The notes: a model not told the origin generated them from the sequence alone. Numbered from the stretch's first letter, positions 37,637-47,449 are shown. The stretch: 57,007 bases of DNA from a virus (IMGVR_UViG_3300028599_000005:1-57007), one strand, 5' to 3'. Numbers and translations: made by a program.

Positions 37637-37945
37637 ATGACGGACAAATCAGAACCACGAAAACAGATAGTGGACGCGTGGGGGAAGCAGCAAGCGTGCT
37701 TCGCTGTTTTGGAACAAACCGATGCTTACAAGGCATACTGCAAGACGAAAGAGCATACCGAAGAGCTTTACGACGAATTCGGGGAGCCGGTAGGTGCTTG
37801 TGAAAGCTGCGGCGTGCCGTTCTTCGAGGACGACAGGTTGTTTACCTACGTGGACGGTGAAATGGTCTGCTTGATGGACGGAAACCCGACTGGCAAGACA
37901 GGTCCGTGCTACGGGAAACTGTCTGGAATAATCACCAATGCCTGA
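37637..37945 (+). CDS. Hypothetical protein with CxxC
   Basis: AGGAGG upstream; ORF in early operon. Confidence 0.55.
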   Translation: MTDKSEPRKQIVDAWGKQQACFAVLEQTDAYKAYCKTKEHTEELYDEFGEPVGACESCGVPFFEDDRLFTYVDGEMVCLMDGNPTGKTGPCYGKLSGIITNA

Positions 37946-38242
37946 CCTCACCCCTATACCCTGCCCACGCACCGGGCGCTGGACCTGGCCGCATATCGTC
38001 CAGTACAGGATCACGGAAGGGCCGCCAGTGGCTGGAATTCCCGGAGGCGAAGTCATGAACAAGACGTTGCGGCGGATTAATCCGAAGGAATTCCGGCGAG
38101 AAATTGCGGGATACGATTGCAGTTGCCCGTTCTGTCGCGACAGGATCGAAATGTATTGCGCCCACGGCTGTCCTGCTTGCGGGGGTAGTGGCAGAATTGA
38201 ACCGATCCGCCTCAAACCCATGACGACGGAAGCGGGGCTTTC

Positions 38243-38905
38243 ATGACCAGCCTAATCAGCTACCCGGCGATTTTCTCGGCGGCGATGGTGCGGGCGATCC
38301 TGCGCGAGATCGAAGCGCCGGACACCGGTAAATGGCAAACGCGCAGACTCTCTGAAACGTTTGTGGCCGCGGCCAACCCGCCTGCCGGTCAGGAGGGCAA
38401 GGTCGGTTACTTCAAGCCCACCGTCTGGCAGAAGCGCTACGAGCGCTGGCAGGCGGGCGAGCGGCCCTGGATTTGGGTGCGGGAGACGTTCGGCACGATG
38501 GTTTGGCATGAGCTTTTCGTCGGCCCGCGTCCGCCTTCGTACCACACGGTTTATCGCGCTGGACCGCACCCGTTTAATCGCGACATACCCCACGGATGGA
38601 CTGATGGACAGGACCGTTGGCGTCCGTCGATTCACATGCCTAAACAAGCCTCCCGCATCTGCGGCCCCGTGACGGACATGCGCCGTGAAAAGTTGCAGGA
38701 TATCTCGGAAGAGGATGCTATTGCGGAAGGCAGTCGAGAGCCGTCGCTGGTGCCAACTATTGGATCATGCTGGAGCGAGCGAGACGCCTTTGCAAAACTC
38801 TGGGAATCCATCCACGGCCCCGGCGCATGGGAGGCCAACCCGGAAGTCGTCGTGGTGCAATTTATCCCGCAACTGGCGAACATCGGGAGTATCGCCCATG
38901 GCTAA
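38243..38905 (+). CDS. ASCH/PUA-like phage protein
   Basis: WVRETF, WRPSIHMP..ASRI, LQDISEEDAIAEG, NPEV. Confidence 0.75.
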   Translation: MTSLISYPAIFSAAMVRAILREIEAPDTGKWQTRRLSETFVAAANPPAGQEGKVGYFKPTVWQKRYERWQAGERPWIWVRETFGTMVWHELFVGPRPPSYHTVYRAGPHPFNRDIPHGWTDGQDRWRPSIHMPKQASRICGPVTDMRREKLQDISEEDAIAEGSREPSLVPTIGSCWSERDAFAKLWESIHGPGAWEANPEVVVVQFIPQLANIGSIAHG

Positions 38906-39524
38906 CGGTCACAAGATACTAATCACGGAGGCTGAGGTAATGGCTGAGGAAGATGAACAGTTTGCCCGTGCCGAGAAGGCAGAGGCCCGCATCAAGGAGC
39001 TTGAGGCCGAATATGACGAACTCGCCATGAAATCCTATCGAATACCCCAAAAGCATCATTGGCGCGGTGAATGCGGCCACGAGTGGCGAATAGACCAGGC
39101 CGGGGAATGTCCTATCTGCGAGCGCTACCGGCTGGCCGCCGACTGCGCAGCGCTGCGGGAGGCACTCAAGACTCAGCATGATAGAGCCATGGTTCTATGG
39201 GAAGACTGGCTTGAGGCCGCTCGTCAGTACTCCGTGGAGGGAGAACTCTACTCCGACAAAATGGCGTGCAGAGCATCTAACAGATTTATGGAACTTGCGG
39301 AAATGGCTCGGCAAGCCCTCTCCACCGACCACCCCGGCGACAAGCTGCTGGTGGCGATAAAGGCAGCGGGCGTCCTTCACAATCTCGTAGATGAGTTATG
39401 CGCCGCCGTCGATGCCGAGGGCGAAGATGTCGGAGGACATCGTGGCAGCCTTACAATTCTCAAGGAAATTGGTCCGGCGGATGATGAATTGGGCCAAGCC
39501 CTCGACCGTCTGGGAGATGCGTGA
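38898..39524 (+). CDS. Hypothetical protein
   Basis: GGAG RBS; coiled coil plus Cys motif. Confidence 0.6.
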   Translation: MANGHKILITEAEVMAEEDEQFARAEKAEARIKELEAEYDELAMKSYRIPQKHHWRGECGHEWRIDQAGECPICERYRLAADCAALREALKTQHDRAMVLWEDWLEAARQYSVEGELYSDKMACRASNRFMELAEMARQALSTDHPGDKLLVAIKAAGVLHNLVDELCAAVDAEGEDVGGHRGSLTILKEIGPADDELGQALDRLGDA

Positions 39525-39734
39525 TGCTTGCCCTTCGAGACAGCATTCCAATGCGAAGCATCCGCGATAATGGTGGATTGTGGGTGCCCCGGCAACTGTC
39601 TCGCAGGACCGCGTGTCGGTTGCAGCGGTACGAATTTATCCGTGTTGAGAGAAACCGTCCAACGCCGAAAGGAAGAACAGTGCATATGTTTGTTGTGCTG
39701 GCCCCCGCCGGCCTCGCCGCCCTGGAGCAAGCCG

Positions 39735-39998
39735 ATGAGTAAGCTTAATCACGTGCATTTTGGCCCGCCGATACCGCTGGTTCCGGTAACGCAATTTTCG
39801 AAACTGAGACTATCTCGCGAGCAATGGGCTGAAATGTGGGCGATTATTGGCCCCTCCGTCGAAAAGAATCTCGACACGGAACGAAAGGCAATACGACAGA
39901 TGCCGTTGTGGATGATAATTACCGCCGCCTACGTCGAGGGGTTGCAGCACGGAAGCGAACTAGCCAAGGCCATGAAGGAGCAAGCCGATGACCAGTAA
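39735..39998 (+). CDS. Hypothetical protein
   Basis: GGAG RBS; coupled ORF. Confidence 0.55.
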   Translation: MSKLNHVHFGPPIPLVPVTQFSKLRLSREQWAEMWAIIGPSVEKNLDTERKAIRQMPLWMIITAAYVEGLQHGSELAKAMKEQADDQ

Positions 39999-40188
39999 AC
40001 CCGCCGACATCATAGAGGCCGAGAACCGTGGGTTCGCCAAGGCGATTGAGGCGGCTGCGCAGATTGTCCAGATGGCACGGGAAGGAGAGCACGACACCGA
40101 TTTTCGTAGCATCATCTATTCCATTCGAGCCCTGAAAGGAACGCCCCATGACCACTGACCTGATTGCGAGAGTGAAGGAGCGGGCATA

Positions 40189-40470
40189 ATGCCGGACGTA
40201 GAGAGGAAAGTGCCAATCAAACTGGAAATAGGAGAGTGTGTTCGGGTGACATTAAACGAGTTTCCCGATGATGCCGTTCCGGTAGAGGCGAAGGTTGTTC
40301 GTATTGATTTGCGTTTCCCTGATTCGCCGGAGTATCGGGAAGTCCGGTATACGCTGCGTCTTTCGGCCCACCCGTTCAAAACCATGATAACCGGCGGACC
40401 TATGCATGAGATCGGGTTTAGTGAGAATGCGACTGACATACTGATTGAACGCGCTGGAGAATATCCATGA
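40189..40470 (+). CDS. Hypothetical protein
   Basis: AAGGAG RBS. Confidence 0.6.
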   Translation: MPDVERKVPIKLEIGECVRVTLNEFPDDAVPVEAKVVRIDLRFPDSPEYREVRYTLRLSAHPFKTMITGGPMHEIGFSENATDILIERAGEYP

Positions 40471-40817
40471 ATGACCTCATCGCCCGCCTCGAAGCCGCCC
40501 CGGAGGGCAGCCGGGAGTTAGACGCGGAGATCGCGGTCGCCGTTTGGCCGAAGCTGGCTGACTATGCGCCCGATACTAAGCGTGGGCCCGGCCACTGGAT
40601 TAGCCCAAAGGACGGTCCGGTTTATGCTGAAAATTACACCACCAGCATAGACGACGCGCTTACCTTGGTGCCTGAGGGGCGACGTTTCAAGGTAGGCAGA
40701 GACGACGATGGTACGGGTTATGCCTCTGTTGGCGGCCCTCGGATAGTCATGTCTGCCACCCCAGCCCTCGCCCTGTGCATCGCTTGCCTGCGGACGAGGG
40801 AGGTATCCCATGACTGA
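40467..40817 (+). CDS. Hypothetical phage protein
   Basis: GSRELDAEI, YTTSIDDA, TPALALCIA. Confidence 0.7.
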   Translation: MNDLIARLEAAPEGSRELDAEIAVAVWPKLADYAPDTKRGPGHWISPKDGPVYAENYTTSIDDALTLVPEGRRFKVGRDDDGTGYASVGGPRIVMSATPALALCIACLRTREVSHD

Positions 40818-41112
40818 TCTAACCATGATTCCCCGCGATGCTGTTGGCCTTCGCCTTTGCAAAATAAGCGCTGGCCAATTGGTATTATGCGAGCCGGTTA
40901 TCTTTGATCGCGGGCGTCTGGCGGTCGATACCGTTTTGCGGCGTGCTGCAATAAGCGGGAAGGTTGGCCCAATTGGCGAGACAGGTGATTTCTGGGCCGA
41001 TTTTATCAACAAAGATGGAGATTGGGAAGAAACAATTGCGCTCGACCGGGGCGCTTGGAACAAATTGAAAAATCATTGGATGCGATGCCGTGTCGTGGCC
41101 GGTGGCCCATGA
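40810..41112 (+). CDS. Hypothetical protein
   Basis: GGAGG RBS. Confidence 0.6.
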   Translation: MTDLTMIPRDAVGLRLCKISAGQLVLCEPVIFDRGRLAVDTVLRRAAISGKVGPIGETGDFWADFINKDGDWEETIALDRGAWNKLKNHWMRCRVVAGGP

Positions 41113-41618
41113 CTGACAAGGTTCAAGACGATGCAGATGTTAAGGCGCGGAATGAGGCGGTGGCGCGGGAGAGGATGTATCAAGAGCAAAGGATCAAAGA
41201 CAGATATATAAACTCGCTTATCCGCGAAGCCCGCCAGCAGGGGATGCTGCACGTTCAGGAAGACGCGCGTAAGCCCTTTCTTACTGTATTTCTGGATGGC
41301 CGGAACGAACATGGATCGCACGTTCTGCCGATGCCCGGCGACTCTATTGGAAGCGTGCAGCATTGTCTCGACATTCAAAGCCTTCTGGAAGATCAATCCG
41401 AGGGTTTGGCCGAGAAAATCATTTCCGAGGCGAAAGTCCTCGGCTTTGAAATTGGTCATTGCGTCGTGACAATATGGCGGCACACGAATGACTCGGACTG
41501 GCCGGGGAATGACTATTTCGAGTATGTTTGCGTCTCGGAATCCCTGACCGTGCTTTTCTGTGGATCAGCAACAGAACAGCGCGAAATGTTCGAGCGCGCC
41601 GCAGGGGAGGGGAAGTAG
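41109..41618 (+). CDS. Hypothetical protein
   Basis: ATGA overlap. Confidence 0.55.
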   Translation: MTDKVQDDADVKARNEAVARERMYQEQRIKDRYINSLIREARQQGMLHVQEDARKPFLTVFLDGRNEHGSHVLPMPGDSIGSVQHCLDIQSLLEDQSEGLAEKIISEAKVLGFEIGHCVVTIWRHTNDSDWPGNDYFEYVCVSESLTVLFCGSATEQREMFERAAGEGK

Positions 41619-41882
41619 ATGGTCACTGACGCCGAAAGAGCGTTAACCGTCTGGCTGATTCGCGTGAGACTATGGAAGCCCTTTATCTCCATGCGGATAG
41701 CCCAAATAAATGCGTGCTTTGGGACACAATGGATTTTCAATTGGATGCGTCGGCGGCAGATCGTGGACAGTCTGAAACATGCGCCGTGCTGTCCAGCGAA
41801 CCATTATCACAAGATGAGGCTGGTATTTCAACGCTGCACATGTGGAGCCGTCGCCATCGAGGCGCGGGCTGACAGCGAATGA
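41619..41882 (+). CDS. Hypothetical protein
   Basis: GGAGG RBS; HAPCCPANH..CTCG. Confidence 0.55.
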   Translation: MVTDAERALTVWLIRVRLWKPFISMRIAQINACFGTQWIFNWMRRRQIVDSLKHAPCCPANHYHKMRLVFQRCTCGAVAIEARADSE

Positions 41883-41897
41883 CAGGAGAAGATTGAG

Positions 41898-42173
41898 ATG
41901 GTGGGAACGCGCCCCTACACCGTCGCCACTCTGGCGGAGCGCTGGCAGTGTTCCGAGCAACACATTCGCGATCTGATCAACAGGGGAGAACTGCCTTGCT
42001 TCCGCGCGGGCCGTCTGATTAGGATAACGGCTGCGGAGGTGGGGCACTTCGAATGCGGCTCAAATGGTATCGTGGAAGCTGGTACGGCGTCGATACGGTC
42101 GGCGGACGAACATGCCGCGTTGCCCTCAGAACAAAAGATCGTGGTACTGCCGAGCAACGATTGGCGGACCTGA
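41898..42173 (+). CDS. xis: Excisionase (HTH_17)
   Basis: YTVATLAERWQCSEQHIRDLINRGELPCFRAGRLIRI. Confidence 0.85.
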   Translation: MVGTRPYTVATLAERWQCSEQHIRDLINRGELPCFRAGRLIRITAAEVGHFECGSNGIVEAGTASIRSADEHAALPSEQKIVVLPSNDWRT

Positions 42174-43000
42174 ACCGCCCGCCGGTCAATGAGTCCGTCG
42201 CCGAAATATACCACGCCTATTTGGAAGACCTGACAGCCAGAGGAAAGCGCGCCGATAGAGGCGAAACAGCATGGAAAGCCCTGAAAGACACCTTTGGATC
42301 GCTGCGGCCAGATCAGGTTACAAAGACCTTGTGCCGGTCCTACACGGCACAACGGCGCCTGCAACGCCGGGCAGACGGGACAATAGGCAAAGAACTCGAC
42401 TGCTTACGGGCGGCCCTGCGATGGCACGACAGGCACACCAAGGCCAGCTTCGAAATGCCGCCCCGGCCGCCACCAAGGGACCGGCGGCTTACCAGGGGGG
42501 AATACAAACGTCTCCGGCTGGCCGCGAAGAAATCCGGCCTGCATATTTACGTTTTTGTGGTGCTGGGATTGGCCACGGCGGGGAGAAGGCAGGCCATATT
42601 GGATCTGACGTGGGACCGGGTGGATTTTCACGGTGGGCTCATCAGATTGGCCGATGGTTCGCGGGGGAAGGGAAGGGCCACGGTTCCCATGAGCAGGCAC
42701 GCAAGGCGGACTCTCGCACTGGCGCGGAGACATTCAGTCACATCGCATGTAATAGAATATGCCGGAAGGCCGGTGGGATCGGTGAAGAAAGGCTTCGCTT
42801 CGGCCTGCAACCGCGCGGGACTGAACGATGTTTCGCCCCACGTTCTCCGGCATACCGCCGCCGCGTGGATGGCCGAAAAGGGCATTCCGATGACAGAGAT
42901 TGCGCAATTTCTCGGGCATTCGGATTCGCGAATTACGGAACGTGTATATGCCCGATTTTCTCCCGATTATCTGCGGGGCGCGCTGTCGGCGCTGGAGTGA
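42053..43000 (+). CDS. int: Tyrosine recombinase/integrase
   Basis: TAGRR, K, HVLRHT, LGH, VYAR catalytic residues. Confidence 0.93.
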   Translation: MRLKWYRGSWYGVDTVGGRTCRVALRTKDRGTAEQRLADLNRPPVNESVAEIYHAYLEDLTARGKRADRGETAWKALKDTFGSLRPDQVTKTLCRSYTAQRRLQRRADGTIGKELDCLRAALRWHDRHTKASFEMPPRPPPRDRRLTRGEYKRLRLAAKKSGLHIYVFVVLGLATAGRRQAILDLTWDRVDFHGGLIRLADGSRGKGRATVPMSRHARRTLALARRHSVTSHVIEYAGRPVGSVKKGFASACNRAGLNDVSPHVLRHTAAAWMAEKGIPMTEIAQFLGHSDSRITERVYARFSPDYLRGALSALE

Positions 43001-43494
43001 CGACCCTTGCGGCCAACCTGTGTGCCGATACCGCGATGCCCTGTACAGATACTGCGAATAATGGTTCTGCCAACGTTAAATTCGTTTGCTATCGACTGAT
43101 GCGTACAACCTTCGGAGCGCAACTGCAAAATGCGGGCAATGTCGCCGTCACTAAATTTCGAGAGCGGATGTTCGTTGCCGTATGTACGACGGGAGAAATC
43201 CTGTGTGTTTTTTTCGTGCGTAGTAATGCGAAGATTTTCCCGACGATTATCAAGCGTGTTGCCATTGACGTGATCTACCACCACACCTTGCGTAGTCACA
43301 ACGTTGGCAATCAGCCGGTGCATCTGGACCCACGTAATTGGCTGTCCCAAAAAAATACCTCTTGCCGGGCGCGTGCGGGCATATTGATATTTTTCTCCGA
43401 CGTACGAAATGTGCCAATTCGTACATGCCAAGAAAGGCAGAATATCGTCATCAACCAAGACTTCGCCGCCTGTTATCTGAAATCTGCTAGCCAT
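42967..43494 (-). CDS. HNH endonuclease with C-terminal HTH
   Basis: MHRLI...VDHVNGNTLDNRRENLR; GNEHPLSK...IANEFNV. Confidence 0.85.
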   Translation of the reverse strand: MASRFQITGGEVLVDDDILPFLACTNWHISYVGEKYQYARTRPARGIFLGQPITWVQMHRLIANVVTTQGVVVDHVNGNTLDNRRENLRITTHEKNTQDFSRRTYGNEHPLSKFSDGDIARILQLRSEGCTHQSIANEFNVGRTIIRSICTGHRGIGTQVGRKGRHSSADSAPRR

Positions 43495-43652
43495 AATTTA
43501 TTTATAGCGCAATTGAACCGGGGCCGCAAGACAGGGCGCTTTCGTTCCGATGGTCCAAATGGGCCAAAGTTTCATGGTTTGTTCAGGGTCAAACAGAGCC
43601 GAAGTGCTTGTGTTTACTACAGTATATCGGTACATTGGCGAGTGGGAATTGT

Positions 43653-43698
43653 CTTCACACGGCGGGGGGCACAGGTTCAAATCCTGTCGCGCCCACCA
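43653..43698 (+). other. attP core: 3' half of tRNA-Val(CAC)
   Basis: CTTCACACGGCGG...CAGGTTCAAATCCTGTCGCGCCCACCA; 5' half absent; downstream of int. Confidence 0.85.
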
Positions 43699-43764
43699 TT
43701 TTCCTCAATAACTTACAGCGTCGGCAGACAGTTCCCTTACGTTCATTTGAACCAAGGGGATATC

Positions 43765-44121
43765 ATGACCAACGACGAAATCGACCGATTCTGGGGTTAC
43801 GTCAATAAAAGCGGCGATTGCTGGCTGTGGACGGCGGGCTGCTTCAAGCGCGGCTATGGCGCCTTTGCCTATGACGGTAAACGCCCTGGATATGCTCACC
43901 GGTTTTCGTATGAGCTACACTTTGGCCCCATCCCTGAGGGCAAGGTGATAATGCACAAATGCGACAACAGGAAATGTGTAAACCCCGCTCACCTGAAAGC
44001 TGGTACGCAGCGCGACAACATACACGATGCAATGGCAAAAAATCGCTGGATGACCAAGGCGCGCGAAAACTATCTCAGCGCCCAACCTGGCTCAATGGCG
44101 CACCGCTATCAGAAACGATGA
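43765..44121 (+). CDS. HNH endonuclease
   Basis: RFW..V..CWLW..GYG..AHRFSY...HKCDNRKCVNPAHL. Confidence 0.88.
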   Translation: MTNDEIDRFWGYVNKSGDCWLWTAGCFKRGYGAFAYDGKRPGYAHRFSYELHFGPIPEGKVIMHKCDNRKCVNPAHLKAGTQRDNIHDAMAKNRWMTKARENYLSAQPGSMAHRYQKR

Positions 44122-44155
44122 CCCCACAACCGGCTGAACGTGAAGGAAAAAATCG

Positions 44156-44380
44156 ATGAGCGAGTCAAGACTTGGTGTTGGCCCGATTTCACCATTGCCG
44201 TGGAAGGCAGTCTATCACAACGGTCCGTATGGGTATATTCGGGTTATTGACCGCGACGGGAAAGACGTTGGTATCGACGCCTTTCCTTCTCGACCGGGCT
44301 GCGACTCAGACCGTGTTCGCGCTTCGGTCCTGGCAATGATTGATATCGTCAATCATTTTCACTCCACGACCGGAGAATGA
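44156..44380 (+). CDS. Hypothetical protein
   Basis: AAGGA RBS; PLPW motif. Confidence 0.55.
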   Translation: MSESRLGVGPISPLPWKAVYHNGPYGYIRVIDRDGKDVGIDAFPSRPGCDSDRVRASVLAMIDIVNHFHSTTGE

Positions 44381-44622
44381 CGATGGCATGGCAACCGATT
44401 GAGACGGCGCCGATAAATGTTTCGGTCCTCGTATTTATACCAAACGCGGAACATTATGGGGTGGGAATTTATCGGGCAATTCACGTCGATATGGGGACCG
44501 GCAAGCGGTGGCATTGTACGGCGTTGCACATGGGCGGAGATATTAACCCGGAGTACTGGCCAACCCATTGGATGCCCCTACCCGAACCCCCGACAGAGCA
44601 AGCCGCAGAGGAGGATAAGTGA
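44377..44622 (+). CDS. DUF551-like protein
   Basis: WQPIETAP...PTHWMPLPEPP. Confidence 0.8.
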   Translation: MTMAWQPIETAPINVSVLVFIPNAEHYGVGIYRAIHVDMGTGKRWHCTALHMGGDINPEYWPTHWMPLPEPPTEQAAEEDK

Positions 44623-44882
44623 TGGCTGATACTACGGCAAATGAGTGGCGCACGCGGGCAGACCGTTGGGCAAAAGAAAATGGTCGGTTGCGCGGAGAAA
44701 TAGAGGCCCTAGCGGAATCGTCCGCGTCCGCCATCACCGAAGCCGTCGCTGCCGAGCGGAAGGCTTGCGCCGATGCCGTGCGCGCCCTGCGCATCGGTCC
44801 CGCATTCGACGGCGCGGAGCATCCGTCTACGAGGATTTTGAACAAGGCGATTGCCGCCATCGAGGGGCGCGGTACAGGTTGA
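44619..44882 (+). CDS. Hypothetical protein
   Basis: GAGGAGG RBS; AERKACA motif. Confidence 0.65.
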   Translation: MMADTTANEWRTRADRWAKENGRLRGEIEALAESSASAITEAVAAERKACADAVRALRIGPAFDGAEHPSTRILNKAIAAIEGRGTG

Positions 44883-44907
44883 GCCGGGCGGGGAAATGGA
44901 GTAGGGT
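44879..44907 (+). promoter_or_regulatory. Promoter of the ncRNA cluster
   Basis: TTGAGC-17-TAGGGT. Confidence 0.45.
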
Positions 44908-45064
44908 GGGGGATGGGTCTAGGTGAGCAGTCCTGAGACCGGTTGGTGCGGCGGGCATTCACGCTTAATCAGTCCAACCCCGGAAAGCGCGCCGGTAAAC
45001 TATCAAAGGCCAGAGGGGGTGAAAAGCCTCCTGCCAGATACGGGCCGGTAACGGTCCACGGAAT

Positions 45065-45204
45065 GCTGCGGCGGCGCGGGAGACAGGCGCGCAGGCGATT
45101 GAGGGTAGCGGCGCACCGCCCCTCATTAGTTGGATGGCGGGTAGCCTCTGGTGCGATGCGAGGCACAACGTCATCGAGAGCCGGAGTAGTGCCCGGCCCG
45201 CAGT
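45065..45204 (+). ncRNA. tRNA-like RNA of the 47-kb array family
   Basis: GCTGCGG...GCCGG-AGTAGTGC-CCGGC-CCGCAGT, then terminator 45209-45239. Confidence 0.6.
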
Positions 45205-45453
45205 TAGAGCGGCGTCCCTCCGGGGGCGTCGTTTGCTTTGTGTCTCATATTTCGCGATTCACGTTACACAACGGACTTTGTGTCGCATCGGCTTTACACA
45301 AGCCGCCCTTCACGACCGGGGCAGGAGGCGCAGGAGCAGTTTATGGGGTGGTGCCCCGGCCGCCGAATCGCGTCAGACCCAGTTAAATTTCGACAAAAAC
45401 CGCAGAAACTCGCCATTTCATACGATAGATAGGGCGGCCGCCGGATCCACTCG

Positions 45454-45750
45454 TCACTGCGCCGCCCGAATCTGGTCGCGGGTGTGCTTGTAGTCGTTTA
45501 CGAACGTCCTGAGAGCCGAGCAGCCCACTATGACCTCTGCGGCGGGGCAGGGAGGCACCCTGGCTTCCCCGGCGTCCTTGGTCCAGCCGAGTGCCTGCAT
45601 CTCCTCCAGCGCCTTCGCTTGGACCTCAGGAGCGTATTCCACCAGATCGGGGATGGCCGCAATGACGACCTCAGAACGATCCACCTGACAGGCTGTCATC
45701 AACATCGTCACTGGTAGCAGGCTTAACTTTATCCATTTTCTTTTCGACAT
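45454..45750 (-). CDS. Outer-membrane spanin (Rz1-like lipoprotein)
   Basis: Lipobox MTAC; overlaps the i-spanin. Confidence 0.7.
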   Translation of the reverse strand: MSKRKWIKLSLLPVTMLMTACQVDRSEVVIAAIPDLVEYAPEVQAKALEEMQALGWTKDAGEARVPPCPAAEVIVGCSALRTFVNDYKHTRDQIRAAQ

Positions 45751-45898
45751 CGCGGGTTTCCTTGTTGCGTTTCGTGCGCTCTTTTGCCTTACCCCTCTCC
45801 TGCCCGTCACGATTGGCCTTAAACAGCATCCCGCCGAAGACGGCTACGGCCACGCCAGCAGCCGCCACGTAGCCCCATAGCTTGCTCAGGCCGAACAT
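45671..45898 (-). CDS. Inner-membrane spanin (Rz-like)
   Basis: N-terminal TM plus charged helix. Confidence 0.65.
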   Translation of the reverse strand: MFGLSKLWGYVAAAGVAVAVFGGMLFKANRDGQERGKAKERTKRNKETRDVEKKMDKVKPATSDDVDDSLSGGSF

Positions 45899-46146
45899 TA
45901 TTGGCCCACCCCATAGGTCATTTGGATTGGTTGAGCAGCATTTTCGTGATTACACGAATCCTTCCATGGGGCGATACCGCTACCGCAGGAAGGGCAAAGC
46001 CATCCGGTTGGAGCTAACGGGCTTCGGTTGCAAAGACAAGGTGTGGTCTTGCACACCGGACATACGATGGTTGTTGGGGCGGCGGTTCCGCCATCATTAC
46101 CCCAATGCGGACCTGCATTAGGCAGCCAGTCTGGAATATAACTCAT
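45898..46146 (-). CDS. Small Cys-rich zinc-ribbon protein
   Basis: CPVC, GWLCPSCG..IAPW. Confidence 0.55.
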   Translation of the reverse strand: MSYIPDWLPNAGPHWGNDGGTAAPTTIVCPVCKTTPCLCNRSPLAPTGWLCPSCGSGIAPWKDSCNHENAAQPIQMTYGVGQ

Positions 46147-46355
46147 TTGGATCCCCATTGCGTGGCGAGCGCATGCAGCCCGAAGGCGGCGGCGGCATAT
46201 CCCCATATGGACCAGGTTACGGCATCGTAGGGGGTGTGCAGCGCCTCCAGCCGGTCGGTGTCGGCATACCAGAACATCGATATCGTGATCAGCGTCCAGA
46301 ACGCCAGCCCGAGACAGGCGATCTCGCGCTTGAAACTTTTGCGGATGGATTTCAT
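46143..46355 (-). CDS. Holin-like two-TM protein
   Basis: Two TM segments; in lysis cassette. Confidence 0.55.
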   Translation of the reverse strand: MKSIRKSFKREIACLGLAFWTLITISMFWYADTDRLEALHTPYDAVTWSIWGYAAAAFGLHALATQWGSK

Positions 46356-46451
46356 GTCAGCACCAGGGCGTGTAGGTCAGGCCACCCCAACCTTCGATAC
46401 CGGAACTCCCGGCGTCACCGATGAAGTCGAGTTCACGCATGTCGTGTCCTT

Positions 46452-46652
46452 TCAGGAAAATACGGGGTGAGTGAGGACGGCCCAAGCCAAATAGCCCGCG
46501 AGAGCAATCACGATTACAAACAGAAGAAGCGCGCCAATTCCGGTGAAATCGAGCCTTCCGTCAATACGCGGCCGCAACCACATGCAGCAATCGCAAGGAC
46601 CGGGCGGATATGCCGGCGCGTTGTGGACGGCACAGTCTGATTTATGTTCCAT
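46452..46652 (-). CDS. Hypothetical protein
   Basis: HKSDCAVHNAPAYPPGPCDC plus TM. Confidence 0.55.
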   Translation of the reverse strand: MEHKSDCAVHNAPAYPPGPCDCCMWLRPRIDGRLDFTGIGALLLFVIVIALAGYLAWAVLTHPVFS

Positions 46653-46713
46653 GCGTTCGGACGTGTCCTTTCGGAAAGGCCCCGCCCGGCGCGAACCGGA
46701 CGGGGCGGGTTGA

Positions 46714-46965
46714 TTACGTTGTGGCGGCTTCGTCACTCCACCGGCCTGTGGCGCGGTCCCACGTCACCTTGTCGTGGCGAATCACCGTGTCAGCCGGTTG
46801 CGCCATCCGCGTCTCATGGTCGGCAAAAGCCAGAGCAGCATTCGACGCCAAGATTTCGTTGTCGAATTCCCCAACTGGCTGACTCGATGCCTGCTCCGGC
46901 TCGTTGGTGAATTTCGTGACAACATATCGCGTCACCGGGCGCACCCGATACTCGATGGTCTTCAT
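46714..46965 (-). CDS. Hypothetical protein
   Basis: GAGG RBS; EYRVRPVTRYVVT. Confidence 0.65.
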   Translation of the reverse strand: MKTIEYRVRPVTRYVVTKFTNEPEQASSQPVGEFDNEILASNAALAFADHETRMAQPADTVIRHDKVTWDRATGRWSDEAATT

Positions 46966-47038
46966 GGTCTTTCCTCTCAGGTTGAGTGCCGCCCATAACG
47001 GGCCGGCACGGAAAAGCCGCGCGGTGGCGGCGCAAAGG

Positions 47039-47067
47039 TTGTCAATAACCGGGCTATCCTCTACAGT
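47039..47067 (+). promoter_or_regulatory. Promoter of array RNA1
   Basis: TTGTCA-17-TACAGT. Confidence 0.65.
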
Positions 47068-47073
47068 GTGGGT

Positions 47074-47231
47074 GTTGCGGCGGCGTGGATGCCGGTGTGG
47101 AAAGCCGACAAGTAGGGAGACTGAAACTCGGTCCGTGTGGCGGTTGATAGCATTCAGCAATTTAGGTCTGATCCACCGGGCCTACACAAGAATGTGACAA
47201 CTGGAGCCGGGTGGGGAATCCGGCCCGCAAC
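47074..47231 (+). ncRNA. Array RNA1 (tRNA-like)
   Basis: GTTGCGG/CCGCAAC stem, CGGCG-TGGA-TGCCG arm, GCCGG/CCGGC arm. Confidence 0.65.
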
Positions 47232-47246
47232 AGCCCCTCGGGGCGC

Positions 47247-47293
47247 GCCAGACAAAGCCCTGCCTTGCAACATAGGCGGGGTTTTGTTATGGT
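47247..47293 (+). repeat. 47-bp terminator+promoter repeat, copy 1
   Basis: Hairpin ACAAAGCCCTGCCT/AGGCGGGGTTTTGT; TTGCAA-17-TATGGT. Confidence 0.9.
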
Positions 47294-47298
47294 GGGAT

Positions 47299-47430
47299 GT
47301 TGCGTGGCGCTTATGCGCGAGAGGCCGGAAACGGGTTGTAACTCATCGGGGCGGCATTGCCGGAGAGTTTGCAGGTTAGTCTACGGTTCGACTCCGTAGG
47401 CCCGCCGGAGACCAAAACCTGACCCGCAAC
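47299..47430 (+). ncRNA. Array RNA2 with canonical T-loop
   Basis: GTTGCG...CGCAAC; CTACGG-TTCGACT-CCGTAG at 47381-47399. Confidence 0.65.
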
Positions 47431-47449
47431 ACCCGCCCTACCCGGGCGA

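Noticed and set aside
43620-43698. Complete tRNA-Val gene
   Set aside because: 5' acceptor and D-arm are absent, so it fits an attP core
42271-44121. 616-aa ORF spanning int, attP and HNH
   Set aside because: Only the last 118 aa look like protein and have their own RBS; the rest is alternate-frame or antisense sequence. The long open frame is noted but unsupported
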